A DNA stretch of 63,862 bases, filler included, from Octopus bimaculoides (lineage: Eukaryota), in the NCBI RefSeq assembly GCF_001194135.2. It is 8 parts of 8 records of this genome, joined end to end, with 100 filler letters (N's around TTAATTAATTAA, not from the genome) between each part and the next. Parts side by side here need not be neighbours in the genome. Positions count along the whole stretch, not along the records: positions 62,792 to 63,862 come from NC_068986.1; 7 more parts are not named here. The stretch is one strand, 5' to 3'. Position numbers and translations under genes: made by a program. The notes beneath the pieces are model-generated. The model made no database searches. It saw nothing but the letters and a program-made list of their open reading frames with translations, and had not been told where the DNA came from. Below, piece after piece: positions 63,721 to 63,862 of this stretch. Position 1 is the first letter of the stretch. Every line of letters starts with the position of its first letter.

Positions 63721-63862
63721 TTAAAGGAAAAAGGTGGTGGCGGCGGTGTTGGTAGAGAAGAGAACTGGTTACCGAAGAAGTGCAGAGTTGATGATGATGA
63801 TGATGGTGATGGTGGTGGTGGTGGTGGCGGCGGAGGCGGTATTCTTTCTCCTTTACCAAACC

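Overview
This is an AT-rich, gap-riddled animal genomic window made almost entirely of microsatellites and decayed transposons. The repeat families and microsatellite load suggest a coleoid cephalopod, probably Octopus (inference). I found no convincing intact protein-coding gene. The long ORFs in the track are N-gaps, simple repeats or transposon remnants. Recognisable remnants include RTE-clade LINEs (about 6.0-11.1 kb), CR1-group LINEs (1.6-4.0, 30.6-31.1, 36.5-37.4 kb), R4/Dong-like RLE LINE 3' ends, Penelope-like GIY-YIG fragments, piggyBac, mariner and Tc1-type transposons and MITEs, a probable solo LTR, and at least three tRNA-headed SINE families. The most notable finding is a near-canonical type I hammerhead ribozyme on the minus strand (37710-37803). 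It has the palindromic minimal stem III known from Penelope-associated hammerheads. The 3' half of a second, different hammerhead lies upstream on the same strand, so the two cleavage sites would bound a 286-nt RNA, a retrozyme-like unit. Further degenerate hammerhead-like motifs occur elsewhere. Other observations are a SINE-LINE shared 3' stem-loop, an RLE LINE family joined to (ACAT)n repeats, and a head-to-tail piggyBac MITE trimer. All alignments, folds and translations were done by eye and coordinates of decayed repeats are approximate.
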